The notes: a model not told the origin generated them from the sequence alone. Shown: positions 1 through 9,689, counted from the stretch's first letter. The stretch: DNA of 21,150 nt from Myxococcota bacterium (GCA_039208735.1 JBCCQY010000168.1:1-21150); one strand, 5' to 3'. Made by a program: numbers and translations.

Positions 1-2
1 AC

Positions 3-1532
3 CATCTCATCGATCTGGACTCGGCTTGCCTCGGCATCGAAGAACGTCAGCAGGTTCAGTGAGGCGAGGTTGCAGGCCGTGTCGTCGAGGAACATGTACT
101 CGGAGCACGGATTGCTGGCGTTGATTCGTCCATCTCCGGGACAAGTATGCCACTCGTTGATCGTGGAGTCGAACTGAACCCCCGGATCCGCGCAGGCCCA
201 GGCAGCAACACAGACCTTTTCCCATAGTTCATTAGCAGGGACGGTCTTGGCGACGCCACCATCGGTACGGCGAATGAGGCGCCAGGGCTCATCACGAAGC
301 ACCGCATCCATGAAGGCATTCGTGAGACGAACCGAGTTGTTCGAGTTCTGACCTGACACGGTCTGGTAGGCATCGGACTGCCAATCCGTATCGAACACCG
401 GGAACTCGATGTGCGTGTAGCCCTGCTGAGCGAACTGGATCGCCCGATGAATCGAGTTGTCGGGGACCGCGCTACGACGCGCCTCCCGCAACGCTTCCGC
501 CAACCCGGGGTTGTGGCGCGGATCGTAAGCCATGGAACCCGGTTCCTGGCTCATATGAATGGCCTTCAGGATCGCATTGAGGCAGCGCTCGTTGGTCTTG
601 CTGCCCGTGACCATGGCCGCGACCTTCTGCTCCTCGGTGTCCTTCCACGTGATGAAGTTCTCGACATCGGGGTGATCGATATCGAGGCACACCATCTTGG
701 CCGCGCGACGCGTGGTGCCTCCACTCTTGATGGCACCCGCCGCACGGTCGCCAATCTTGAGGAAGCTCATCAGCCCACTTGAACGGCCGCCTCCCGACAG
801 CGGCTCGCCCTCACCTCGAAGCGCGCTGAAGTTCGTGCCCGTGCCACTGCCGTACTTGAACAGTCGCGCTTCACGCATCCACAGGTCCATGATGCCACCG
901 TCATTGACGAGGTCATCTCCGACCGACTGAATGAAGCAAGCGTGGGGCTGCGGACGCTCGTAGGCCGACGTTGAAGCGACCGTATCGCCGCTCTTGGGGT
1001 CGACATAACGGTGGCCCTGTGCAGGACCGTCAATGCCGTATGCCCAATGCAACCCTGTGTTGAACCACTGTGGCGAATTGGGGGCCACCATTTGACGCGC
1101 GAGCATGTAGCGAAGCTCATCGTAGAAGGCGAGAGCATCGTCTTCACTGTCAAACATACCTTCACGGTGGGCCCAATACGTCCAACAACCCGCCAATCGA
1201 TCGAAAACCTGCCGGGAATCCCGCTCACCTGCGAACCGTTCCGCGTCCGACAGCTTGCGCATGGCCTTGCTATCCGGCACGGACCGCTGCAACCATTCAG
1301 GTACTCCCTTCTCAGAGACCCGCTTGGTCTTCGCCGGAATTCCGGCCTTACGGAAGTACTTCTGAGCCAGGATGTCGGTCGCGACCTGACTCCACCCCGA
1401 AGGAACCATCACCCCGTCGGCTTCGAAGACCTTGGTTCCGTCTGGATTCCGGATCTCGGACCGCCGGGATTCAAAGGAAAGTCCCTCGTAAGGTGAAATC
1501 TGGGCGTCAGTGAATCGGCGTTGTACGCGCAT
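3..1532 (-). CDS. nrdJ: Class II adenosylcobalamin-dependent ribonucleotide reductase, N-terminal ~510 aa (runs off the left edge; absent from the ORF track)
   Basis: Manual translation from ATG at 1532: MRVQRRFTDAQISPYEGLSFESRRSEIRNPDG...WSQVATDILAQKYFRKAG, PQPHACFIQSV, FKYGSGTGTNFS, KSGGTTRRAAKM, and the active-site loop NPCSEYMFLDDTACNLASLN (Cys codon at 105-107, in frame). GAGGT RBS just upstream. Confidence 0.96.
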   Translation of the reverse strand, partial: MRVQRRFTDAQISPYEGLSFESRRSEIRNPDGTKVFEADGVMVPSGWSQVATDILAQKYFRKAGIPAKTKRVSEKGVPEWLQRSVPDSKAMRKLSDAERFAGERDSRQVFDRLAGCWTYWAHREGMFDSEDDALAFYDELRYMLARQMVAPNSPQWFNTGLHWAYGIDGPAQGHRYVDPKSGDTVASTSAYERPQPHACFIQSVGDDLVNDGGIMDLWMREARLFKYGSGTGTNFSALRGEGEPLSGGGRSSGLMSFLKIGDRAAGAIKSGGTTRRAAKMVCLDIDHPDVENFITWKDTEEQKVAAMVTGSKTNERCLNAILKAIHMSQEPGSMAYDPRHNPGLAEALREARRSAVPDNSIHRAIQFAQQGYTHIEFPVFDTDWQSDAYQTVSGQNSNNSVRLTNAFMDAVLRDEPWRLIRRTDGGVAKTVPANELWEKVCVAAWACADPGVQFDSTINEWHTCPGDGRINASNPCSEYMFLDDTACNLASLNLLTFFDAEASRVQIDEM

Positions 1533-1717
1533 GGGCAGTCACCTCGGCGAGTCGTCCGGGAGCGGACGGAAGTCCCCGTGCAGCACGGGTGCATACCGCA
1601 TCCCGGCCCGGGTCTATGTGGTTGGTTGGGGGGTCGACGGTGGGGGTAGCCAAAAGGCCGACCGTACGACGCGGCGGACGTCGTGCAGGCTTCTCCCCAC
1701 TCCGTTCCGCGACCTGG

Positions 1718-1765
1718 ACACAATATCTAGTGGCACCCCGGCCGCACAACCCCAACATCTTGTGG
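1718..1765. promoter_or_regulatory. Tandem NrdR boxes upstream of nrdJ
   Basis: ACACAATATCTAGTGG (1718-1733) and CCCCAACATCTTGTGG (1750-1765) match the NrdR consensus acaCwAtATaTwGtgt. They start 32 bp apart, the typical tandem spacing, ~190 bp upstream of an RNR gene. Confidence 0.9.
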
Positions 1766-1791
1766 TTTCCCGCCGATTTGCACCAAGAGGG

Positions 1792-2023
1792 TTGTCCACA
1801 CTCCCCCACAAACCCAAAAGCACCCCCACCTGGAGTTCGATGCGCAAATCCGCATCGATTGTCCGCAGGCGTCCCCAGGCCGTCCGCAAGTTCTCCACAG
1901 GTTGCTCCGCAAGCAAGCTCACGCCCCATCATTCTGTACCATCCTTGAAAGTCGACGAAATCTGGGCCCGAGATCGCCCCAACCTGGGGAAAGCTTTGCG
2001 ATCGTCCGATCTTGTTACACACA
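1792..2023 (+). promoter_or_regulatory. Cluster of DnaA-box-like 9-mers including a helically phased array
   Basis: TTGTCCACA 1792-1800, TTCTCCACA 1891-1899 and TTACACACA 2015-2023, plus degenerate co-oriented units TTGTCCGCA, GCGTCCCCA, CCGTCCGCA and TGCTCCGCA between 1859 and 1911. Confidence 0.5.
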
Positions 2024-2275
2024 AACGTTCACCTATGAACGTCTCGTCAGTAACCCAGAGGCCCGCCGATCGCGACGACGGGGTTCGGCCCCATACGGTT
2101 CGCTACCTTGCAGACTTCCGATCGCGCGCTCGTCCTCGCCCTGGCTGCCGAAGGCGCGTTCACCACGACCTTTGGCCTCACGAGGACGGCCGCATCATCG
2201 TCCTTGGGCTCCCGCGACGGTTCGAGCCGAGGTGCTCTTCACCTTTACGGGGAACCTTGCTGCCGGGGATTGGAA

Positions 2276-2464
2276 TCAGTGATGATCTAGTTCACGGGCG
2301 AGATCTTCGAGCCGCCGCTGCATCAACTCGAGTTCACGGCGCAGCTTCACCCGCTCCTTCTCCCAATCCGTCGTCTCGGCGGAAGGCTGCTCGAGTCGAT
2401 ACACGATGAGGTCGATCTCACGGGCCACATCGTCGAGTCGTAGGGCGGCGTCAGCAGGGTTCAT
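2276..2464 (-). CDS. Small hypothetical coiled-coil protein (62 aa)
   Basis: MNPADAALRLDDVAREIDLIVYRLEQ...KLRRELELMQRRLEDLARELDHH has heptad L/E/R periodicity and GC3-rich codons. It fills the gap divergent from the sulfatase. Confidence 0.65.
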   Translation of the reverse strand: MNPADAALRLDDVAREIDLIVYRLEQPSAETTDWEKERVKLRRELELMQRRLEDLARELDHH

Positions 2465-2528
2465 CTCGCACCGTTAACGACTTTCGCGGTCCTCGGCTTC
2501 GCTCGGACTCCGGCTTACGTGCTGAGCG

Positions 2529-3923
2529 GTGGACGAAACCAAGCCCCATTCCAATCCTTGGACCCCCTCGCGTCGTCAATGGCTCGCCGCCGCAGGTGGG
2601 GGCTTGGCTGCAGCCGCGCTCGCAGGGTTGGGCGCCTTTCGACGTCCCCCCAACTTCATCCTGATCCTGACCGACGATCAAGGCTACAACGACCTCGGCT
2701 GCTACTATACGCCCCCGAATCCTGAGGCTGCGTACGGGGCCATTCGCACTCCCGCATTGGATCAATTGGCTCGCGAAGGGGTTCGCCTGACCGACTTCTA
2801 CGTCGGGGCGGCGGTGTGTACCCCCTCACGCGCCGCACTGCTCACCGGCTGCTACCCGCCACGGATCGGGTTTGGGGCTAAGCGTGGGGTCGGCGTGCTC
2901 ACGCCACGCTCGCGAACAGGTCTTTCGCCCACCGAAGAGACGATTGCGCGGCGCCTCAAACAACACGACTACGCCACGGCCTGCGTGGGCAAGTGGCACT
3001 TGGGGCATCACCCACCGTTTCATCCGCTGAGTCACGGATTCGATACGTTCTTCGGTATTCCTTGGAGCGCCAACCAACGTCCGCTCCACCTCTTCCGCGA
3101 CCACACCCGACTTCGACGACTCGACGATGAGCCGGTTCTCGTCGATGTGTTCACCCGTCGGGCGATGGACTTCGTCACCGACCATCGCGACCAACCGTTC
3201 TTTTTATACCTTGCCTACTCAGCCCCTCATGAACCGTGGGCGGTGCTCCCCGAGTACCAAGGTCGCTCCGCTCGTGGACGCTATGGCGACGTCATCGAGA
3301 TGGTCGATGCGCATGTCGGCAAGCTGGTCGATCATCTGGACCGACTCGGCCTTACGGAACAGACCCTCATCGTCTTCACGTCCGACAATGGGCCGTGGCT
3401 CGAAGGGCCCGCAAAGCCCAGCGCTCATCCGCTACGAGGCGGGAAGGCGACCGCTTTCGAAGGGGGGTTTCGTAGTCCGTGCCTCTGGCGCTGGCCCGGC
3501 GTGCTCCCCGCGAAAACCGTGCGCAAAGGCCTCGTGACCGCCCTCGACCTGCTGCCCACTTTTCTAGGACAGGCCGGAGTTCGCAGGCCGGTCGCCCCCA
3601 TCGATGGACACGACGCATGGGCGGTCCTCGCCGATGGTGCTCCAAGCCCCACCGAACACGTGTACTACTACGCACGGGGCCGGCTCGAAGCGGTACGCAA
3701 CGACCGATTCAAGTGGATGTTTCCGAGTCCTCGACGCCGTCCTCCGGTGCCCGCCGCACTCTTCGATCTCGAGGCAGACATTGGGGAAACGACGGACGTG
3801 AAGCGGTCCTACCCCGAGCAAGTGGCTCGGCTAAGGGCGGCTGCTCGACGGATGCGAGGCGAACTTGGGGATTCGCTGCGCGGCATTCAAGGTCGCGCGG
3901 TGCGGCCCATCGGGCGCGTGTAG
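2529..3923 (+). CDS. Arylsulfatase-family (formylglycine-dependent) sulfatase with Tat signal
   Basis: Twin-arginine SRRQWL plus hydrophobic stretch, PNFILILTDDQG, CTPSRAALLTG (CxPxR signature), GKWHLG, FTSDNG and LRGGKATAFEGG. Confidence 0.95.
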   Translation: MDETKPHSNPWTPSRRQWLAAAGGGLAAAALAGLGAFRRPPNFILILTDDQGYNDLGCYYTPPNPEAAYGAIRTPALDQLAREGVRLTDFYVGAAVCTPSRAALLTGCYPPRIGFGAKRGVGVLTPRSRTGLSPTEETIARRLKQHDYATACVGKWHLGHHPPFHPLSHGFDTFFGIPWSANQRPLHLFRDHTRLRRLDDEPVLVDVFTRRAMDFVTDHRDQPFFLYLAYSAPHEPWAVLPEYQGRSARGRYGDVIEMVDAHVGKLVDHLDRLGLTEQTLIVFTSDNGPWLEGPAKPSAHPLRGGKATAFEGGFRSPCLWRWPGVLPAKTVRKGLVTALDLLPTFLGQAGVRRPVAPIDGHDAWAVLADGAPSPTEHVYYYARGRLEAVRNDRFKWMFPSPRRRPPVPAALFDLEADIGETTDVKRSYPEQVARLRAAARRMRGELGDSLRGIQGRAVRPIGRV

Positions 3924-3940
3924 GCCTCGCTTGCCGCTGA

Positions 3941-4147
3941 TCAATCCCGCTTCACGTACGGGAGCAGCGAAACCTGACGAGCCCGCTTGATGGCGCGAGC
4001 AATCTGGCGCTGCTGCTTGGCGGTGAGGCCCGTGGCCCGGCGGGGAAGGATCTTGCCCCGTTCCGTCAGGAACCGCTGAAGCTTGCGGAAGTCCTTGTAG
4101 TCGACGGTTTCACCAGGCTGTAGGGGAGAACTCTTGCGTCGCGACAT
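3941..4147 (-). CDS. rpsR: 30S ribosomal protein S18 (cysteine-free form, 68 aa)
   Basis: [64 protein letters not shown] carries the S18 signature. The start is placed at ATG 4147 rather than the longer ORF-track start. Confidence 0.96.
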   Translation of the reverse strand: MSRRKSSPLQPGETVDYKDFRKLQRFLTERGKILPRRATGLTAKQQRQIARAIKRARQVSLLPYVKRD

Positions 4148-4256
4148 GCCGTTCACACCGATTGGAGGGCCAAGCGTCGACCGGACGCCGGCGAGGTTCG
4201 ATTCGTTGGGGTGGCGTGCCCGACGCACGCACCCGCAGGCGAGTGTGGTAACGGGA

Positions 4257-5990
4257 TCAACCCGGTTCGTCACCTTCGGGGGCCGGCTCTTCGGGAGTGG
4301 GATCGTAGACCCGCAGGGCGCGAAGCAGCTGGCTCACTTCATCCCCGACGACCACCCCGAGGTATCCGGTGGGGTTGCTGCCAACATGACTTGGCAAACC
4401 ACGCGGGCTGATCACGAGCTGGGAGTGAAACGAACCCTGCCGCGCATCGATCACGGTCAAGGGGCTCGCTCCGACATAGATCCACTGGCCGTTGTCGGAC
4501 CAGGCAATGGGCATCGGCTCGTCGCCCAAGTTGAGAGGCGTGCGAAAGATGGGCCGCCCATCGGCCGAGAAACAGTGCAGCGTTCCTGCGTCATCGACGA
4601 CCGCAAGGCCCAATCCATAAGGGCCCACCGCGATCGATCGGGGCAACCGGCCCGGGCCCAGACGCGGCGCCGGACGAGGCGTGCCGTCGGCCTTGAAGGG
4701 ATGGACCTGATCGGCTGCGAGCACGGCGTAGCCCTTTTCACCGACGGCCAAGGCCTGGGCCTGCTCGATCGCGTAGCTAGGCTTGCCCTTGCCGGGCTTC
4801 GAACTCACGCGGGCCCGCCCCTTCTTGTCGAGTGAAACCCAAGCCCCATTGCCCATCCGACCAAGGGCCACCGACTTCGACCGCTGCGGCTTGCCGATCG
4901 CTTGTCCAACCCCGTCGTAGCGAGCCACCGTGCCGCTCGACGACGCGACCCACACTTCGCCTTCGGTCGCCCCGACCCCCACGGGCCGGCAGGGCGACCC
5001 GCACTCGGGCACGGGAACCTCATACACGACATCGCCAGCTGGCGTGGCCCGCGTCAGACGACCGTCGCTCGTCACGATGAGCCAATCGCCGTTCGACGTG
5101 GCCGAAACCCCGGTCACCGTCTGGCCGGTAGGCACCGAGAACGCGGTTTCCACCGCATCGCTTGGGGCTTCCTTCCACCGGCGAACGCGATCGCCAGTCG
5201 CCGCCCAAAGCGCACCATCGGCCGAGAACGTCGAGGCGGTGACATTGGCTCCCAAGCACAAATCACTGCCCGCCACACAACCATCGACGAGCAACCATTC
5301 GCCAGAGGGATGTGCGGATGCCTCGTTGACTCCCGGGGCGACGGGAATCGGGTCGAGCGGCGCAAACGTGGCCGGGTCCCAAGCTTGCGGGGCACCGGTC
5401 GCCTGACGCGTGTACAGCGCCTTGGGCGTCCACGAAAACCAAATTGCGGGATCTTGGTCGAATCCGCCCGCCACGCGACCCTTGAAGGTCCGCAGGATCA
5501 GGTTGCCCGTCTCAATGGCGGCAATGACCCGAGACCCTTCGCGGTTGAACGTGACCCCAAAGGTCTCACCCGACCGCGTCCACAGCTGCTTTCCGTCGGC
5601 CGCTCGGTGGAGCGTGACACCGTCGGTCGCAGCGACCGCGAGCAGCGTTCCATCCGAGGAGAGCGCAAGGTCGCGCACACGACCCGAGTAGCCCGTGAGA
5701 CGCAGTGTCTCCTGACCATTTGCGCCGTGAACCGTCACTCCCCCTGCATGGGCAAGGGCCACGATTCCCGCGTTTGAAACATCCGCCGCAAAAATCCCAC
5801 CACTCTGGAGCGAAAACTGTCGTCCCTCACCGACCAGACGAACCACGGTGGTGTCGGTCACCGCGATGACATGACGTCGGTTCATGCTGGACTCGAGGCG
5901 CAGCACTTCGGTTTCGGTCTGCTGTTCGCCCTGTGCGATCATGGCGCCAGGCGCGGCAGCGTGGGCCGCGGCGATCCAGCCAAGCCACAT
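4257..5990 (-). CDS. Secreted WD40/YVTN-like beta-propeller protein (~577 aa)
   Basis: GGAGGA RBS before ATG 5990 and a short signal peptide [13 protein letters not shown]-like blades include [42 protein letters not shown] and [13 protein letters not shown]. Confidence 0.8.
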   Translation of the reverse strand: MWLGWIAAAHAAAPGAMIAQGEQQTETEVLRLESSMNRRHVIAVTDTTVVRLVGEGRQFSLQSGGIFAADVSNAGIVALAHAGGVTVHGANGQETLRLTGYSGRVRDLALSSDGTLLAVAATDGVTLHRAADGKQLWTRSGETFGVTFNREGSRVIAAIETGNLILRTFKGRVAGGFDQDPAIWFSWTPKALYTRQATGAPQAWDPATFAPLDPIPVAPGVNEASAHPSGEWLLVDGCVAGSDLCLGANVTASTFSADGALWAATGDRVRRWKEAPSDAVETAFSVPTGQTVTGVSATSNGDWLIVTSDGRLTRATPAGDVVYEVPVPECGSPCRPVGVGATEGEVWVASSSGTVARYDGVGQAIGKPQRSKSVALGRMGNGAWVSLDKKGRARVSSKPGKGKPSYAIEQAQALAVGEKGYAVLAADQVHPFKADGTPRPAPRLGPGRLPRSIAVGPYGLGLAVVDDAGTLHCFSADGRPIFRTPLNLGDEPMPIAWSDNGQWIYVGASPLTVIDARQGSFHSQLVISPRGLPSHVGSNPTGYLGVVVGDEVSQLLRALRVYDPTPEEPAPEGDEPG

Positions 5991-6019
5991 TCGGTCCTCC
6001 CTACGGCGTCGGGCGCATG

Positions 6020-7288
6020 CTATCGCGTGCGCCGCACCGATGCGCCCATCAATCGATCGAGACGGTCTGACTCCCGGGAAAGGCCGTCTTCGGTCAATCG
6101 ACCATCCAACGGAACCACCCGACCTCCCTCCGGATCCTGAACCGACGCCACCGGCTCCCAAGCCATCCCACTGACCCCACCCGCCCGATCCAATGAAACG
6201 TGACCGACGATCCCGACCTGAAGCGGCAGCGTCGCAAGCTGGGTGCCGAAGTTCCCGAGGGAGTAGAGGATCGCGGCGTCACGTGGCTTTCCGTCGGGCG
6301 TTCGTACGCTGCAGGTACCGACCCCAGGAACCACTTCGGGACGGTTCACCGCGCACTGTTCCATGGGCTGTGGCGTGTGCGGACCATGACCGACGATCAC
6401 GTCAGCACCGGCTTCAACGAGCCGACGGCCCCACTGCAAGAACCGGGGGTCGGGGTAATACTCGTATTCGTAGCCCCAGTGGAGCATGAGCACGACGTGC
6501 GTGGCCCCTTCGGTTTGGGCCCGCGCAATGTCATCGGCGATCCGACCCGGCTCCACCGGAGCGTCGGGTCTTCCAAAGGGCACGATGGCCAGGTCGATGG
6601 AGGACGTGGCGGCATCTACGTTGCTGCCCCAAGTGTAGGCCAGGATCGCCACCGTGAGGCCGTCGATCTCGGCCAAGACCAGGTTGTCGTCCAGCCCGAC
6701 CGTCGTGTAGCCCTGGGCCTCGAGCACCTCTTGGGTGGCGACAAACCCCTCATCCCCCAAATCCAACGAGTGGTTGTTGTTGATTTGAAGCACATCGAAG
6801 GGGAGCTGGCGCGAAAACGCCACCGGGGCATTGAATGCGTACAATCCAAACTTCTGTGACAGCGCGTTCGGATCGGTCGGATGCAATGGTGAAACCGGGG
6901 TTTCGAGATTGCCAATGCGGAGCCCACCGTCGACCAGATCCTCGACCGTCGCCATGGGGGGGTCTTGGAAGTTCGGAATGCGCATGATGTCGCCGGCGAA
7001 CGAAAGCCAGGGATCCGTCCGATCAAGGGCGGTCGGGCGCGTTTCAAAATGCGTGATCACTTCGTCCGGAGCCGAAGGTCGATGCTCAATCGACTTCAGC
7101 ACGTACAGACCGGTTTCCTTGGCATCGACCAACGGCGTCCACGTCTCGGTTTCGAAGCGAACCTCTTCGTAGGGCTCTAAGTCGGTCTCGGGGGTGAATA
7201 CCCAAGGAAACACCTCGGTGTTCGCCGGCCAGTCCCGGTAGGGATCGGTGGTGCAGGCCACGAAGAGCAGCGCGAAGAGGAGCCTCAT
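6020..7288 (-). CDS. CapA/PGA_cap-family metallophosphoesterase lipoprotein
   Basis: Lipoprotein signal MRLLFALLFVAC. Motifs AGDIM, GNLETP, NNHSLDLG, LHWGYEY, GHGPH and YSLGNF. ATGA overlap with the upstream ALDH stop. Confidence 0.88.
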   Translation of the reverse strand: MRLLFALLFVACTTDPYRDWPANTEVFPWVFTPETDLEPYEEVRFETETWTPLVDAKETGLYVLKSIEHRPSAPDEVITHFETRPTALDRTDPWLSFAGDIMRIPNFQDPPMATVEDLVDGGLRIGNLETPVSPLHPTDPNALSQKFGLYAFNAPVAFSRQLPFDVLQINNNHSLDLGDEGFVATQEVLEAQGYTTVGLDDNLVLAEIDGLTVAILAYTWGSNVDAATSSIDLAIVPFGRPDAPVEPGRIADDIARAQTEGATHVVLMLHWGYEYEYYPDPRFLQWGRRLVEAGADVIVGHGPHTPQPMEQCAVNRPEVVPGVGTCSVRTPDGKPRDAAILYSLGNFGTQLATLPLQVGIVGHVSLDRAGGVSGMAWEPVASVQDPEGGRVVPLDGRLTEDGLSRESDRLDRLMGASVRRTR

Positions 7289-8826
7289 CGCTTCGGCCCG
7301 ACAAACGACCGGATCGAGGTAACACGCTTCGAAACAAGGCTAATCAAGCGGAAGACTTGGGTCCACGCGCCGAGCGCGAACGCACTCACCGCATCCCCCA
7401 GCTCCATCAGCGAGCCATCCACCGGCTTCCAGAACACGTCAGGCCTCGAAGAGCTGTCGATCACAATGGTGCGACGCCGTACGAACGTGGGGTAGGCGTG
7501 GATGCTTGCCGCCGTCCCCGTGCCGGTCCATTTGGTTCCCGTCCACGGAATTTGCGGCACCGAACCCGGAAAGCTGTGGTTGTTGACGAGGGCGATTCCC
7601 ACGTCGAGCTGACGCGCAATTCGCTCACCGCGAGCCAAGTTCTTCGTCCACACCGAGCCGCACAATCCATACCGACTCGCATTGGCCTTCGCGATGGCCG
7701 ACGCCTCATCGGGTACGCGCACGACGGCCACGACCGGCCCAAAGGTCTCGTCGGTGATCACCAACATGTCATCGGTGCACGCATCGAGAACGGTGGGCGC
7801 AAAGCCCAGGCCATCGCCGGTGGCTTCACCGCCGGCGCGAAGCTTCGCGCCCTTGGCCAAGGCATCCGCGACGTGTGCGGTCACCACCTTGAGCTGCGCC
7901 TCGTTCTGGAGCGGCCCGAGGTCACGGCCGTGAGGCACGACTTGCAAACGCTTGGCCGTCGCCGCGAGCTGGTCGACAAACTGATCTGCGATGGCCTCCA
8001 CCACATAGACCCGTTCGATGCTCGAACAATCTTGCCCTGCATTGTGCATCGACCATTGCAGCACCCCGGCCACGGTGCGCTGCAAATCGCAGTCCTCTAG
8101 GACAATGGCCGCATCCTTGCCGCCAAGCTCGACGGAACAAGGGATGAGGCGCTCAGCACACTTGGCGGCGATCCGCCGACCGGTGTCCACAGAACCACAG
8201 AACACGACGGCATCGACATCGGCAGCCACCAATGCCCCCCCTACGACCCCATCGCCCTGGACGACCTGAACTACACCGGGAGGGAGTTCGGCCGCGCATT
8301 GTTCGGCCAACCAAGCCCCCGTGCGAGGGGTGTGTTCACTCGGCTTCATGATCACCGCATTACCGGATAACAAGGCCGGGAACAGTGGCTTGTAGAACTG
8401 GAGCAGAGGATAGTTCCAGGGTTCGATGATCGCGATGACTCCGCGAGGCACAGCCTCGATCACCGCGCGCTTGCCCGGAAAATCTACGGGCGAGAGGCGC
8501 ACCCGCTCGGTGGCGAGGGCCCGTTTGGCGACTCCGACGGCGCCGTTGGCGTAGGACAGCACGAAGGCGACCTCGCCAAGGAGGCTCTCCGCTGGATCCC
8601 GACCGGTCTCTTCCTGCAACAGCGCGAGCGCTTCCTCCCGATGGGCCAAGATGCGCTTTGCGATGGCGACAACCCGGGCACAACGGTCCTCGAAGGGGAC
8701 TTCACCCCAGACCTTTTGCGCCTCACGGGCCAGGTCGAGCGCCTCGTCCATCGCAGACGTCGGCGTCCACTCCACATTGCTGAGGGGATCGAGGGTCGCC
8801 GGGTTCAAATGGCCGGGCAGGGGCAC
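7285..8826 (-). CDS. NAD(P)-dependent aldehyde dehydrogenase
   Basis: PWNYP, KPSEHTP, FCGSVDTG, ELGGKD, NAGQDCSS (catalytic Cys), ETFGPV and YGLCGSVWT. GGAGG RBS 5 nt before the GTG start. Confidence 0.96.
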   Translation of the reverse strand: MPLPGHLNPATLDPLSNVEWTPTSAMDEALDLAREAQKVWGEVPFEDRCARVVAIAKRILAHREEALALLQEETGRDPAESLLGEVAFVLSYANGAVGVAKRALATERVRLSPVDFPGKRAVIEAVPRGVIAIIEPWNYPLLQFYKPLFPALLSGNAVIMKPSEHTPRTGAWLAEQCAAELPPGVVQVVQGDGVVGGALVAADVDAVVFCGSVDTGRRIAAKCAERLIPCSVELGGKDAAIVLEDCDLQRTVAGVLQWSMHNAGQDCSSIERVYVVEAIADQFVDQLAATAKRLQVVPHGRDLGPLQNEAQLKVVTAHVADALAKGAKLRAGGEATGDGLGFAPTVLDACTDDMLVITDETFGPVVAVVRVPDEASAIAKANASRYGLCGSVWTKNLARGERIARQLDVGIALVNNHSFPGSVPQIPWTGTKWTGTGTAASIHAYPTFVRRRTIVIDSSSRPDVFWKPVDGSLMELGDAVSAFALGAWTQVFRLISLVSKRVTSIRSFVGPKR

Positions 8827-8876
8827 AAAAACCTCCGTCTTGCCAACCCATAGCCCGATGGTTCACACCACTGCGG

Positions 8877-9689
8877 TCACGGTAGTGCGGCCGCGATCTC
8901 TGCCAGACCGTCCACTGCCGTCGCCTCAAGGGCCACGCCACGACCATACTCGTTCGCGATTTCACGAAACGGATTGTCGTCGGGACTCACATCGATGAGC
9001 ACCGCTCCGTTGCGCACCGCGGCCGTCACTGCATGGTACGGCACCGCAGCGGCCCCGCTCGTGCCACAGACGACACAGATCGCCGCCCGTGTGGCCTGCC
9101 CGATGGCCGTATAGAACCGGTAGTTCTCCTCATCGTAGACCTCATCGAACCACAGGACGTGAGGACGGGTCGGATGACCGGTGGCGGGATTCACCAAACG
9201 AGCGAACGTCTCGTCTTCAAGCGCCGTGTCCCGATCGGGGATGACGATGTCTTCGGGAATGTCGAGCCGTTCTCCGGTAACGGTGTCACGCATTCGATCG
9301 ATCGAACCGTGAACTTCATAGGTTCGAGCACGGGAACTCCCCGCACGATAATGCAGCCCATCCACGTTTTGGGTAATCACCGCGAACCCGTCGCCGAACT
9401 GTTCTTCCCAGGCGACAAGCTGTTGATGAGCGGGGTTGGGTTCCGCGGCGCGACACACGGCGCGACGATAGAGGTACCAGCGCCAAACCTCTTGCGGCAT
9501 TTCCGCGAACGCCGCCGCCGTCGCCATGTCTTGGGGATGGTAGACTTCCGAGCCCACCGTCCAATAGCCGTCTGGTCCTCGAAACGTCGGAATGCCCGAG
9601 GCCACGGAGAGTCCTGCTCCCGTGACCACGACGAGCGGGCGTTCTTCTGTGGGACGATAGGTTTCGAGCAAGGTCTGAAGCTTGGACAT
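8877..9689 (-). CDS. cobB: Sir2/CobB-family NAD-dependent protein deacylase (class III-like)
   Basis: [25 protein letters not shown] (Tyr/Arg acyl pocket), [22 protein letters not shown] and GTSG. Confidence 0.92.
   Translation of the reverse strand: MSKLQTLLETYRPTEERPLVVVTGAGLSVASGIPTFRGPDGYWTVGSEVYHPQDMATAAAFAEMPQEVWRWYLYRRAVCRAAEPNPAHQQLVAWEEQFGDGFAVITQNVDGLHYRAGSSRARTYEVHGSIDRMRDTVTGERLDIPEDIVIPDRDTALEDETFARLVNPATGHPTRPHVLWFDEVYDEENYRFYTAIGQATRAAICVVCGTSGAAAVPYHAVTAAVRNGAVLIDVSPDDNPFREIANEYGRGVALEATAVDGLAEIAAALP

Noticed and set aside
1731..1746. Sigma-54-like TGGCAC-N7-GCA
   Set aside because: It lacks the TT before GC, points away from nrdJ and lies between the two NrdR boxes, so it is probably coincidental.
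1792..2023. Chromosomal origin oriC
   Set aside because: No AT-rich unwinding element and no dnaA, dnaN or gidA context. Retained only as a DnaA-box-like array.
1510..2409. 299-aa + strand ORF and 171-aa - strand ORF across the nrdJ upstream region
   Set aside because: Low-complexity Arg/Pro/Ser composition, overlap with the NrdR operator and the nrdJ start, and no recognisable motifs.
8877..9689. Sir2 as an anti-phage defence effector (Thoeris/DSR/Sir2-HerA), alone or with the helicase or kinase
   Set aside because: It is a compact CobB-type deacylase with housekeeping motifs and no fused or adjacent defence partner. HrpB is a standard housekeeping helicase.
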